From Diplonema japonicum (taxonomy: Eukaryota; Protista; Euglenozoa: Diplonemea), in contig OZ025739.1 in the NCBI GenBank assembly GCA_964019335.1, positions 248,001 to 312,000 of the forward strand: DNA of 64,000 nt, read 5' to 3'. The position numbers and the translations under genes are program-made. A model generated the notes under the pieces. It did no database searches. It worked only from the letters and a program-made list of their open reading frames with translations, and had not been told where the DNA came from. Positions 46,162 through 57,601 of this stretch are shown here, one piece after another (position 1 is the first letter of the stretch; the number at the start of each line of letters is the position of its first letter).

Positions 46162-46704
46162 ATGGAAGAATCCAAGACCCCACGGTGTGACTGGCTTGCA
46201 TTGGAAGCGAAAAGTCTTGTTTTTGGAGGGTTGGATGGGGTGTGTACAACCTTGGCGTTACTTTGGGCGGGAGTGGCTGTGGGGGGGCTGACAAACAGGA
46301 CGCTCCTTGTCATGGGTGTGGCAGGGCTTATATCGCAAGGTTGTGCCATGGGCCTAGGGACGTACCTAGGGGCCTCACTGGAGACGGGGTGTAACCAGAA
46401 CGGGACAAGGAGCGGGCTGGTGATGTTCGCCTCCTTTGTCCTGTTCGGGTCCATCCCCCTCATCACCTGCCTCCCACCATTCAGCACCCCTCACTCCGAG
46501 CAGAAGCGATTGTTCCTCTGCATGGGCACCTCCCTTTCCCTCTTTGCCCTCGGATTCTTAAGGGGAAAGCTCACGAAGGACAACCCCCTACCTGCTGGCC
46601 TCAGCATGGTGGCCACAGGCTTCGCTTCAGCCTCTATAAGCTACTCTGTATCGCTGTGCTTGAAACACGTGTTGTCTACACCAACATTGCCCTTGCTGAC
46701 GTGA
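46162..46704 (+). CDS. VIT1/CCC1 family vacuolar iron transporter-like protein (short form)
   Basis: VFGGLDG, GCAMGLGTYL, SFVLFGSIPL, LFALG motifs. Confidence 0.85.
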   Translation: MEESKTPRCDWLALEAKSLVFGGLDGVCTTLALLWAGVAVGGLTNRTLLVMGVAGLISQGCAMGLGTYLGASLETGCNQNGTRSGLVMFASFVLFGSIPLITCLPPFSTPHSEQKRLFLCMGTSLSLFALGFLRGKLTKDNPLPAGLSMVATGFASASISYSVSLCLKHVLSTPTLPLLT

Positions 46705-46831
46705 GGGGGGGGGGGGGGGGGGGGGTGATTATTATAAGCTTTGGTATTATTCTATCTGACAAATGAGAGAGGACAAAACAAAACAAAACAAAAAAGGGAA
46801 GGAAAAAAAAAAAGAGAGAGAGAAAAAAAAA

Positions 46832-47296
46832 ATGTCCGGAAACAGAAACGCAAACAGGAACGGGGGCAAGAAGAAAGGGAAGGATGGTGGCAAGAGCTAC
46901 CAAAGAACGTATGGTTTTTGGCTTTAAAAAAAAAGAAAGAAAAAAACCTCCCCCCCCCCCCCCCCCCCCCCTCCACGCAGGCAGTCGCAGCCGGACACTC
47001 CAAAGCAGGCAAATGCTGTTACACCTGAGGCTGCGAGCACTAGTTTTGATCCACAGGAAGCAAATAGGTGGATGACGGAGATGTGGAGAATGTGGGCGTA
47101 TGAGGAAACAAAAACAAAAAAAAAAAAAAAAAAAAAAAACAGGAGTGGTGAGACAGAAACCTACCACTGTGCTAGCGGTAAGAAATCCGTTAAGACCTCC
47201 GATCAAGTAATTTCTGATTTAATTGTGTGTACAATGGAGGGACGAAAAAAAAAAAAAAAAAAAAAAAAAAAAACACAGGCCGTTGGCAGGGGTTGA
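46832..47296 (+). CDS. Small 97-aa hypothetical protein, 4 exons (absent from the ORF track)
   Basis: Exons 46832-46908, 46981-47097, 47143-47224, 47279-47296 total 294 nt with no internal stop; three GT(A/G)TG...CAG introns filled with A/C runs. Confidence 0.75.
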
Positions 47297-48549
47297 TTGA
47301 GACTGTAAGGAAGAAGATTGTTAATTCTTTTTTTTTTTGTTCTTTTCCCTCCCCCTGGGGAAAAAAACTTTATTTTTTATTTTAAAAAGGGGGTTGTTTT
47401 GCAGTTTTTATTTTTTATTTTTATATAAAAAGGATTTATGAATATGTGGGATGTTCGTCTTTTTCTTTTTTAATTTTTCCTGAAAAGTAGTTCCGATTTT
47501 TTTTTTTTTTTTTTTTTCCAAACCTCTTGTTCGTCATACTTGCACCCCACTTTTTTTTAATTATTTCAGGTGCTTTTTTTTTTTCCCATTCCGTTGTCCT
47601 GTGTTTGGTTGTGCTTTGTGATTGTTAGTGAGAGGTCTTTTATTTAATAAATTGTTCCTCCTTTTTGTTATGGTATTAACGTCTCCTCTCCCTCTCTTCC
47701 CTTTCCCTGTTCAACCAGGAGCGTGGCTTCTTCTTTTCTTTTTTTTTTTTTGACAGAGATTTTTGCATCTAGCTTTTAGAAAACAAAATTTAAAAAAAAA
47801 AAAAAAAGTGTTATGAGCATTTATTTGTTGTTTTTTTTTTTTTTAAATTTAAAACCTATTTTTTTTTCTTGGATCTTGCAGCATAAGTCTTTGTAACAAA
47901 AAAAAAGGAATTGTCCCTTAGGTATTACCCATACCCCCCCCTCTTATTTTATTTTATACAAAATTATTTTTTTTTCAAAACAACAAGCAAACCAAAAATT
48001 ACTACGAAAAAAAAAGAAGAAGATCAGGGAGGGGGGGGGGGGGGGGGGGGCGGAAACCGAAACCAAGTTTTAACCAGTCCAATTTTTTTTGGGGCTTGCA
48101 TGAAAGATTTCAGAGAACAATGAACTTGATGACCCCTCCACCCCACCCCAGTGCGCCGAACGTGAGTAAGGTGGTCAATATTCAAAAACACTTTTTTTTA
48201 TAGTACTTTGTTTGATTAGCTACCCTCTTTTTAGAAGGAAAAGACAAATTCCAAGAAGAGGGGGGGAGGAGGGGGCATCTTTAGTTAATTATTGAACCAT
48301 CTTGATTTTTTTTTCCTCTTTTTTTATTTACCCTTAGTTAATTTTTTTCTCTTTTTTTTTTTACTTGACACGGGTTTCTTTTAGGCCTTCTTTGAATGTG
48401 TCCCCATTGCGACCCCCCACCTCCACCTCCCCCCGGCTTAGCGTTTGTCTTAAAAGGGGAAACCCAGCAACATGCCTTTGGTAATAAACCCAGGTTCACA
48501 GATTTCTAACAGCAACATTAGCCACGTTCCCTGCCCTCACCATGACTTG

Positions 48550-48582
<33 letters not shown>

Positions 48583-48822
48583 GAAAAAAGGAGATCCGGT
48601 GTCAGATTTTAGTATCGAGAAGTCTGCTCTTTTTTTTTTTTTTTAAATATTCCTACTATATTTTTTCTTCTTCTTTGATTCTGTTGATTTCCTTTATCTT
48701 CTTTCTTTAAACCCACAAAAAAAAACCCCCCCCCTGTGCCCCACTAACTTTTCTTCTCCCCCCCCCTTTTTTTGGATCCAAAAGAAATCCAAAAAAAAAA
48801 AAAAGGAAACAACAAAAAAAAA

Positions 48823-50788
48823 ATGTCTGACCGCCAATCGGCCAAGCGAGGCCATTTACACACAGGAAGCAACAGGGTGAGGGTATCCGATTTGAATAAA
48901 GACGGAGCGTTATTCATCTCAGCGCACGGGCTGGAGAAAATATCAAAAAAAGTAGGGTACGGTGGTTGGCGTAAAAACATAGGCGACACCGAAGAGGAGG
49001 AACACGAAGAGGGGTACCACAGGGTACGGGCGAACTCAGCACCGGTTCTTCAGAGACAGCAACAACAACAACAACAGGAAACCGAACAGATAACGACAAC
49101 TCTACAACCATCGACTGTAGAAACATGGACCTACGATGGATGCAAGGCACACAAACAATCCTCTGAAAAAGTGACTATCCACGTCCATGACGAGGTAAAC
49201 AACATTTCCCGCATCTTTCTGTGCAAACGCGACATATTACTACAAGAAATGAAATATTTCAAGGCGTACCTTTCTCAAGACTGTTCTCTCGATGATTTGG
49301 ACATTTCTGTTCACTGCGATGTGTCGATCTTCAAGTGGCTGATGGAATACATCCATGCCGACCCCACAAAACCAGAAAAGCAACCACAACCAGACCCAAC
49401 CATCGCCGTTTCCATTCTCATCTCATCAGATTTTCTACAGATGTCCCGTCTTGTTGAAGAGAGTCTTCAATACGTTGTCACACATGTACAAGAGATCATC
49501 AAGCTCCCCATCGACCTTGATTGTATCAACAAGAATTTAATAGCGCGGCTCGCCGGGCTCTTCACGTACGAGGAGCTCGACAAGATACGCGACAGAAAGG
49601 ATAAAATAGTCGGTGCGCTCTTCCTCCACAAGATCCAGTCCATTTTGAAAACCACGAACGAGGACGGGGAGGAACGCAACGTGCTCTTCCGGTGTGCGTT
49701 ATGCGGGCGTCTCTTCACAGAGAAGCAGAAAGATTGGGCCATTTGTCCTCGATCGCCGCCGTTCATCACCTTCCACGGCGAGTCTCTCTCGCAGCACATT
49801 GTCGACCACAAATGGGACGTCACGCTCTTCCTTGTCGTGCAGCGTACCAAGCGTCTTTCATGGAAGGAGATCTTCTGGCGAATCTGGTCCCTTATATATG
49901 ACGACACATGTAAGGTTTGCGGACGGCACTTCTGTGTCGCTGAGATCGGGCATTGCAGCTACCACCTATCCCTGCCCACCTTCGAGGTGGGGTCGCATGT
50001 GGGTGTGTTCCCATGCTGCAACACGGAAGTGAAGCGTTTTGAAGGCGGGACGGTGCGGCAATCGGGATGCTGCACACGGTACCACGTGCTGACCAACCAG
50101 GATCAGAAAGATCTTGTCATGACAGTTGTAGCAAAGCATGCTGACGTGTTGATCCCATGGGGCACGGAGGCACCAGAAGGCGCCAACAATCTCTACGCGC
50201 CTGCACAGAACGTCAGCGATAACGACTCTGACACAAGCAGCACTAGCAGTGAAGGGACATTTGGACCGGACTGGCGCAAGCGAAGCAAGTGGTCCGCAAC
50301 AGCCAACCATCCCATCGTCTTTGCCGAAGGTGACACCCTGCGGCAGTCTTTGCAAGGCAACCCCCGGTTACCTCCTAGCATACCTAGCGTCCGAGAAAAC
50401 AAACCGGGCATGCCGATACCTGCACAAGGCAAAAGGAAGAAGAAAAAAAGAATGTCACGACTCGACTCCGCACCCGGTCCCTCTACAGAGTGGTGGCAAC
50501 GGCTTGGACCGAAGGCCAAGACTGCATATCAAACCGATCTTCAGAGGGACGATGACGCAAGGCGGATGCAAGCGCTCATTGCAAGCCTCGACAAAAGGCG
50601 GACAGACTTTGAAAAGGCAGAAAAACCTCCTAAGGTGTGCATTTTATTTTTATTTTATGGAAACAAAAAAAAAAAAAAAAAAAAAAAAAAAAACATGACA
50701 GGGCGATTCAAAGGTTCACCCCCCAAAGCGGCCCCAGAACCCCAAGCGAGCCCCTTCTGCGAACGGGCGGACATCTGGTGGCAGGTAG
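48823..50788 (+). CDS. SANBR: KIAA1841/SANBR-like BTB protein (DUF3342), 2 exons
   Basis: IHVHDE...F.C.RDILLQEMKYF, DISVHCDVSIFKWLMEYI, SILISSDFLQM. Intron 50635-50701. Confidence 0.85.
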
Positions 50789-51023
50789 ATAATTAGTATT
50801 TTTTTTAAAAAAAAAGTTTTAAGTTGACAGTATCTCTCTCTTCTAATTTTTCCTGGCGTGTCCTGCCTTTCGGTTTTTCATGTTGGTTTTCATGTCCCAG
50901 CGACATGCTGCACTAGTAGCTAAGACTTTTACGCATGCAACTAGCTGTACGTTCCTCTACCAGGTACATTTACACACACGAAAAAAAAAAAAAGAGAAAA
51001 AAAAAAAAAAAACATACACACCA

Positions 51024-52910
51024 ATGCTTCGTGCTACAGCAGTTGCGGCGTTCTTCCTCGCTGCCGAGACAAGGCCGCTGTATGAAGGCGAAAACTGCAT
51101 GAAAAGAGGCACGGCCCTGGGGCAGTGCGCGGTGGGGTTGGAATGCAAGGGTGGAAAGATGACTAGAATATGCAAAAAAGCAGCGAAACATACAAAACCT
51201 GATCCGATGGTCAAAACCTCACTGGAAGTAGGCTTGCCTGTGGGAAAGGTGGGGACCCTGTGTGAGCTCAAAGGGGACGTGGTTGCGTCCTGCCCTCCTG
51301 GGACAGACTGTGTTCCTGTGAAGGGTTTGGACTCGAAGGTCTGCTTAGAACACGCAGCAGCGGTCCTTGGCCCTGGAGACGCTTGCCGCAACAAACTCGA
51401 CCATAGATGCCCTGCTGGCACTCACTGCCAGCCTTCCGGCGATACTGGTGGCATGCTCTGCGCCCCTAAGCACCTTGTACTCCGCGAAGTCTGCGAGATC
51501 GATGGGACCAGCCAAGGCATTTGCCCCACTCGCACCATATGCAAGCTCCCTGTCAGCGCATACGGACCCAAAACCTGCATCCCCGACCCTAATCTGATCC
51601 TCAAGCTTGGTTCCTTTTGCGACACTCACCCAAACGACTGCCCCCAGGGGACGACATGCACCGCGCCAGACACAGAGGGGACCCCAATCTGTATTGAGAA
51701 GAAGTCCGAGCAGCTTAAAAAAGGCGACATTTGCGACAAGAGTGGTGTGTCGAGAGGCGCCTGTCCCAAGGGGACCGAGTGCAAGCGGCACCATGAGGGC
51801 TCTAAGTACAAGCTGTGCACTGCATCCAACCCGTGCGACAAGATGAAGTGCAGTTCGGGAACTACCTGCGTCCTGAACAAAGGGGCCCCCAAGTGCGTGG
51901 ACATCAATCTGGCGGCGGGTGGCGTGTGCGAGAAGAACGGCACCGTGAAGGGCACGTGCCCCAGTGGAATGGTGTGCACGAAGCGTCACTACACAGATTC
52001 CAGCAAGATATGCAAAATACCCGATCCTTGTGACGGAACGAAGTGCGGTCCTGGAACCAGGTGCAAACCCGACATGAAGGGTACACCCAAATGTGTCAGC
52101 GTGGCGCTTGCTGTGGGCGAGGCTTGCAAGGGGACGGGCTGTCCGGACGGCTCCAGCTGTTTGGACAACGTGTGCAAGGCGACGACGTGCAGAATCGTAC
52201 ACTGCTCTGCAGGGATGGAATGCACGAAAGTGAATGGTGCAGCACTTTGTGTTAAAAAGGAACTTCGTGTAGGCGACGAGTGCGAAGAAGCAGGCATCTC
52301 AAAAGGAACATGCCCCGAAGGTACATTATGCAAGGGCGACATTGCAGTGAAAACATGTAAAACTAGGCAAATCATGCGTATGGTCGGCGAGAAGTGCGAC
52401 AGTAAGAACCCTTGCATGGAAGGCCTCGAGTGCGCGTTAGGCAGAACGACATTAGTGTGCAAACGCGTAACGAAGAGACTCAATAAGTCATGTCATCAAG
52501 GTAAGTGCATGAAGCGCCACCACTGCGATCTCAAGGAGAACATCTGTGTGGTTACCTTGACAGGTGACCATTGCAATGAACAGTTGGAGTGTCCCTTGGG
52601 AACAACGTGTTCTGATCAAAAATGTCGTGCTAACCTCCCGACTTCGTTGAACCACCATATGGACTGCCACACATCTGACGGCACGAGCATCGTGCACCAC
52701 AACCAAACTGTAAAAATAGAGTGCAACACCTGCACTTGCAAGGATAGTATTCTCACCTGTTCTGACAAAAGATGTATCCTCCCAACAGCGTTTACACCGC
52801 AAATCAACTACTCGCTGTCTGGCCTCCTTGAAGTCATCCTGGCTGCCGGGTTATTCGTATTACTCGCGCACGCCACTGGTGTATGGAGAGCTCGACAGTA
52901 TTATATATAA
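51024..52910 (+). CDS. Cysteine-rich repeat type I membrane/surface protein
   Basis: Signal peptide, many GxxC...CPxGTxC...C repeats, VWC/pacifastin-like IECNTCTC...CSDKRC, C-terminal TM helix. Confidence 0.85.
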   Translation: MLRATAVAAFFLAAETRPLYEGENCMKRGTALGQCAVGLECKGGKMTRICKKAAKHTKPDPMVKTSLEVGLPVGKVGTLCELKGDVVASCPPGTDCVPVKGLDSKVCLEHAAAVLGPGDACRNKLDHRCPAGTHCQPSGDTGGMLCAPKHLVLREVCEIDGTSQGICPTRTICKLPVSAYGPKTCIPDPNLILKLGSFCDTHPNDCPQGTTCTAPDTEGTPICIEKKSEQLKKGDICDKSGVSRGACPKGTECKRHHEGSKYKLCTASNPCDKMKCSSGTTCVLNKGAPKCVDINLAAGGVCEKNGTVKGTCPSGMVCTKRHYTDSSKICKIPDPCDGTKCGPGTRCKPDMKGTPKCVSVALAVGEACKGTGCPDGSSCLDNVCKATTCRIVHCSAGMECTKVNGAALCVKKELRVGDECEEAGISKGTCPEGTLCKGDIAVKTCKTRQIMRMVGEKCDSKNPCMEGLECALGRTTLVCKRVTKRLNKSCHQGKCMKRHHCDLKENICVVTLTGDHCNEQLECPLGTTCSDQKCRANLPTSLNHHMDCHTSDGTSIVHHNQTVKIECNTCTCKDSILTCSDKRCILPTAFTPQINYSLSGLLEVILAAGLFVLLAHATGVWRARQYYI

Positions 52911-53106
52911 AAAAAAAAAAAGTGAATGAACACATATTTCCCGCCCCGTTTTTTTTTTTTTGTTTGCCATATTTAATTCATTCCCCCCCCCCCCCCCCCC
53001 ACATTTATCCGCCTCTTTAAAAAAAAGTTGGTATCTACACAAAAAAGGGGGAGGGTGGTAGAAGAAGGGCGAGCAAAAAAAAAAAAAAAAAAAAGAAAAG
53101 GAAGCA

Positions 53107-55257
53107 ATGTCGGAAAGAATACACGTGAATATAAGGTTCCGCCCGCTGAACAGTTTTGAAAAGGAACGCCACAGCGGGACCCACTGCATGCGCATGATAG
53201 ACGAGGAGGAGGTCGAGGTCAACCAGAAACGCTTCACCTTCGACAGAGTCTTCAACGAGCACACCGAACAGGAGGAAATCTACAACAGAGTGGGCAAGCC
53301 TGTGGTCGAGTCCGTGTTGAAAGGATACAACGGCACAGTACTGGCCTACGGACAAACAGGAAGCGGGAAGACGCACACAATGACAGGGCCCATGGGGGGA
53401 TGCCCAAGCATTCTGAACGAAAACCACCCAAACTACCAGGACCGAGGCCTTACCTTACGGGTGCTGTCATCCGTCTTCGAAGAGCTTCAGAAAACCCCGA
53501 AAGTCGAAGTCACCTGGAAGGTTTCAGTTACATTCTTAGAACTGTACAAAGAAGTCCTGAATGATTTGTTATCTGACGAATCCAGCCCTCCGCAAGAGTT
53601 GCGAATAAGAGAAGACCGAACCACTGGTAAAGGAGTCTTCATCGAAGGCATACGAGAGGTAGATGTAACAGGTGCACATGACGCGGTGAAGGTACTGCAA
53701 CGGGGAATGGAAAGGAAGCAGATTGCATCCACCGCCGCCAACGAAACCTCCTCCAGGTCGCACACCTTAGTCACATTGTTCGTTACGCAGATCAATCACG
53801 TTAACGGCGACACCAAGACGGTCGGGAGGCTCAACCTTGTCGACCTCGCTGGCTCCGAGAGAATTGAAAAAACCGGCGCCGAAGGTGAACGCCTCAAAGA
53901 AGCTCAAACCATCAATCTCTCACTCTCTCTTCTTGGCAATGTCATCAACAAGCTCACCGATGGGAAGTCTGTCCACATACCGTACAGGGACTCCAAGCTC
54001 ACCAGGATCTTGCAGGATTCATTCGGCGGAAACTCCCGCACCACCCTGTTTTGCAACTGCTCGCCGTCTGTCTACAACCAATCAGAGACATTGTCAACCT
54101 TGCTGTTCGCCAACCGTGCCAAGCAGATTAAAAACAAGCCGAGGATCAACAAGGAGCTTGCTGGACAGGAGTTGCAGGTCGCGTATCGAAAATCCCAAGA
54201 AGAACTTGAATCCCTCAGATCCAAGGTGTGCTTTTACGAAGGCCAGATGACACCCCGCGGGACACTCCGCCCGTCGAATCTTATGCTGAAGAAAAGCGGG
54301 TCGATGTCGGCAATGATACCGCAGGACAACCACGAGTTGGAAGAGTTAAAAACAGAACTGAAAAGTGTGATGAAGGAGCTGGAGGAGACTAAGGAAGAGC
54401 TGCGTGAGAAGACGATAGAGGTCGGCGTGCACGACGAGCGTGCGACGTTCTACGAGAAGCGAGAATTGGAGGCGGTTGGGAAGATACAAGAATGGAAGGT
54501 GAGGTTCGAACGGGAAAAGCTTGCTGCGGACTCATGGATGCGGAAATACAACGAAAAGATCGCACCACCGCCGCCACCAGCACCCGTCCCTAAGAAACCA
54601 AAACCAAAAGGACGCTCGCCGTCTGTAAAACGCAGCTCAATCACAAAAGGGAAACCCGCCACAGTACCTTCTGCCGCAGACTCCGAGAAAGAGGATGAAG
54701 AACGATCCGCAATCGCGAAAAGCTTGCAAGACGCCAAGGACCACGAGACAGCAGCGTTGGTAAAGGAACACGAGACGAGACAGTTACTTGAGGAGATGAC
54801 AGGACGGTACGAATCAGAAGTGGGACGGACCAGCGAGTTGGAAAAAAAACTAGCAGAAGCTGTGAGATCTACTACACTTCTAGACGTTGAGCTTGAGAAG
54901 TGCCAACTCACCTACGAGGCTAAACTCGCTTCACAGGACGAAGAGATTTCTAAACTGCTGCTGAGGTTAGACGAAAAGGGCGGCGGTGGCAACGAGAAAC
55001 TGGAGTATGAGAACACGCTCCTTCACGAACAGAACAGGGACAACGCAGAAAGGCTGGTGGTGCTCACAAAAGAAAAGGACCACCTCGATAAGCAGCACCG
55101 ACAGCTCCGTGAGGAGAGGGACCGCCTGCACCACCAGATTGAACTGGCGAACATCTCAGCCGATTTAAAAAGTCGTATCCTCGGGGACAAGCTCCGTGCC
55201 ACTAAGGTTGCCTTCCAACAGCGGTTGCTGCATTGTTTTGGGTCTGATAACGAATGA
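53107..55257 (+). CDS. N-terminal motor kinesin (kinesin-1-like)
   Basis: GQTGSGKT, NETSSRSH, LVDLAGSE, HIPYRDSKLTRILQDSFGGN; coiled-coil tail. Confidence 0.97.
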   Translation: MSERIHVNIRFRPLNSFEKERHSGTHCMRMIDEEEVEVNQKRFTFDRVFNEHTEQEEIYNRVGKPVVESVLKGYNGTVLAYGQTGSGKTHTMTGPMGGCPSILNENHPNYQDRGLTLRVLSSVFEELQKTPKVEVTWKVSVTFLELYKEVLNDLLSDESSPPQELRIREDRTTGKGVFIEGIREVDVTGAHDAVKVLQRGMERKQIASTAANETSSRSHTLVTLFVTQINHVNGDTKTVGRLNLVDLAGSERIEKTGAEGERLKEAQTINLSLSLLGNVINKLTDGKSVHIPYRDSKLTRILQDSFGGNSRTTLFCNCSPSVYNQSETLSTLLFANRAKQIKNKPRINKELAGQELQVAYRKSQEELESLRSKVCFYEGQMTPRGTLRPSNLMLKKSGSMSAMIPQDNHELEELKTELKSVMKELEETKEELREKTIEVGVHDERATFYEKRELEAVGKIQEWKVRFEREKLAADSWMRKYNEKIAPPPPPAPVPKKPKPKGRSPSVKRSSITKGKPATVPSAADSEKEDEERSAIAKSLQDAKDHETAALVKEHETRQLLEEMTGRYESEVGRTSELEKKLAEAVRSTTLLDVELEKCQLTYEAKLASQDEEISKLLLRLDEKGGGGNEKLEYENTLLHEQNRDNAERLVVLTKEKDHLDKQHRQLREERDRLHHQIELANISADLKSRILGDKLRATKVAFQQRLLHCFGSDNE

Positions 55258-55375
55258 AGGGAGGTGGGCTTTTAAGAAGAGCTTTCCAGCTTTGCCCCAA
55301 GTTTCCCCTCCTTATCCCTATAATTGACGATGTGCTTTAATTGTTTTTTCTTTTTGTCGAATTTTCTTGTTTTTT

Positions 55376-55416
<41 letters not shown>

Positions 55417-55607
55417 GTTTTTTCTTTTTTTTAGCCCTCGAGGAGAGTTGAAGCTTCTTCGTGAACGTGCTTTTTTTTTTCTAGTTCTTTTTTTTTATGG
55501 TGGGGTGGGTGGAAAATGAAAAGTCAGAAAGGTATAAAGAAATCCCGTATGAAGGATGATGGGTATCTCAGCACAACAGCCCCCCCCCCCCCCCCCCCCC
55601 CCTAGGG

Positions 55608-56543
55608 CTATGCTGGCAGGAAACGTGGAAACGTTTCCGTTTCCGTTTCCATACTTTTCAAAATTCTTATGGAAACGGCTTCCTTCTTAAGGAAACGTTT
55701 CCGTTTCCGTATCCGTTTCCGTTTCCCTTTTTTTCAAAAAATGCATGGAAACGTTTCCGTTTCCGTTTCCATGTTTTCAAAATTCTCATGGAAACGGCTA
55801 TGTATATTTCGGTAAACACTGTTTAGAAGGTCCTTATTTATTTGGGGTTTTTGAAGATACTTACTTTTGGGGTTTTACAAGGAAAGCGCACGTCGGTCTC
55901 TACAAAAACGAAAGTAAACATGGTCCAGAGAAAGCACCCCCTGGGAGGCGTTTTGTGGAGAAAGCGACAGCGGAGGCGGAGGCTGAGGCAGAGGGAACGA
56001 AGAAGCGTAAAGTGGAGAACAGGCCAATGACGCCATTTTTAACTGCTACAAGCACGCCAGACGACGTGGACAGGGCTGTTCGGGATTTCTTTCTCGAAAC
56101 CGGGACCCCATTTTTGAGGGTCGAACATCGGTATGATGTTTATCTGTTTCGTGTCCTCTCATATTTTCTGTTCACAGAACATTCAAGGCACTGTTTGAGA
56201 AGGTGAAACGCCTTCCGATCGGGGCCACGTACGAGCTACCGGACAGGAAAGCTCTGAGCGGAAGGCTGGTTGACGACGCTGTTCAAAAAATGGATGCCAC
56301 AATCGCATCCTTCATCGAAACCCAGAAGATTTCCCCAGGGCGCCACCAACACTGGCCCCCTTTGTCTCGTTTATTTCTTCCGAGTGATTTGCCCCCAAAA
56401 AAAATAAGTCTCTAAAACCCCCAAAATAAGGCAACGTTTCTGCCCCAAGGAAACGGCCCCAAAATAGGGAAACGTTTCCGTTTCCGTTTCCGTTTCCCTT
56501 TTTTTCAAAAAATGCATGGAAACGCATTTCCATGCCAGCATAG
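55608..56543 (+). mobile_element. Non-autonomous hAT DNA transposon (internal deletion derivative)
   Basis: TIRs CTATGCTGGCA(T)GGAAA; 8-bp flanking duplication CCCTAGGG (55600-55607, 56544-56551); subterminal GTTTCC arrays. Transposase fragment DFFLETGTPFLRVEHRTFKALF...YELPDRKALSGRLVD after removing intron 56131-56177. Confidence 0.85.
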
Positions 56544-56551
56544 CCCTAGGG

Positions 56552-57116
56552 GGGGTCACATGGGGGTGGTAAAGTGGGTTTTTTCAAATTCGGAAATGCA
56601 GTACACTGGAGCCGCTTAAACCATGTAAAACGCCCCTTTCTCGACCAAAAAATCGATTTCCGCCCGGTACTTTTTACTTTTTGGGCACCTACAAGGCATT
56701 ATTTTGCATTTTTAAAACTGGTGACCACGGTTTGGTACCTGGCCTGTTGTCTCCCCTGTAGTTTCTGCGTTTTCTGAAAATTTTAGAATTTGACCATGGT
56801 TTGTTCCACCCTTTGAACGCGGCTCTTTAGGACGTGTTTTGCGCGGCATTTCTGATGAATATCTATCATTTTCCCGAGGTTAGGATGGTAAGTTTGTTTT
56901 TGCAGATATTTCAGGTACCAAACCGTGGTCACTGTTTTTCAAAAATACAGATAAAGCACCAACAAGTGCTCAGAAATGCTCTAATCCGGCGAATTTTGAT
57001 TTTTTGGTTAATTTGGAGGGTATTGGGCGGTTTTTTTTTTTACCTTAGGGGAAAAGAATTTAAAAAAAGTTTTTTTTTTTCACGTTTAACCACGTTTTTT
57101 AGGACCATGTAACCCC
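56552..57116. mobile_element. Foldback/MITE-like element with long degenerate inverted arms
   Basis: Ends GGGGTCACATGG / CCATGTAACCCC (11/12). Perfect 21-bp inverted pair 56721-56741 / 56912-56932. No TSD found. Confidence 0.6.
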
Positions 57117-57601
57117 GCGCTCTTTTGTAGGTTGTCAAAAGAGAAAGTTGGAGAAATGATTGAAAGCACAACGAAAAAGGAGATAAGTGCCGTTTCTCCC
57201 ACCCCCCTCCCCCTTCTTATGTATTTAACAAAAGTACTACCCAGTTCTTGTACGGGGGGGGGAGAAAAAGAAGAAAAAAAACATAGTGGACAGATCTCAG
57301 GATTTGTACAAAAGAAATGTTTTTTTTTTCTTCCCCCTCCCTTTCACACACCCTCTTTTTTTTATTTTGTTTCTCTCTACTGTTAGCAAAGAATAAAAAA
57401 AATAAATAAATAAAAGGGAGGATGATGCTATCCCATTCCCATTTCTTTCCCCTCCCCCCCCCCCCCGCCCGCTCCTTTTTTTTTAAACGACGAACCATGC
57501 TTTTTTTTTTTTTTCTTTTTCTTTTTCTTAAAAAAAACTTTTTTTCGAAAGGAAAAAAAAAAAAAAAAAAAAAAACTAAAAAAAAAAGAGAGAAAAAAAA
57601 A

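Noticed and set aside
47300-48820. Hidden gene or ncRNA in long spacers (also 10140-11450, 12870-13500, 43280-44240)
   Set aside because: Some complex-sequence islands and small hairpins exist, but I could not build a consistent exon chain or RNA motif.
55620-55800. CRISPR-like array of GGAAACGTTTCC repeats
   Set aside because: Irregular spacing, related spacers, no cas genes; explained as transposon subterminal repeats.
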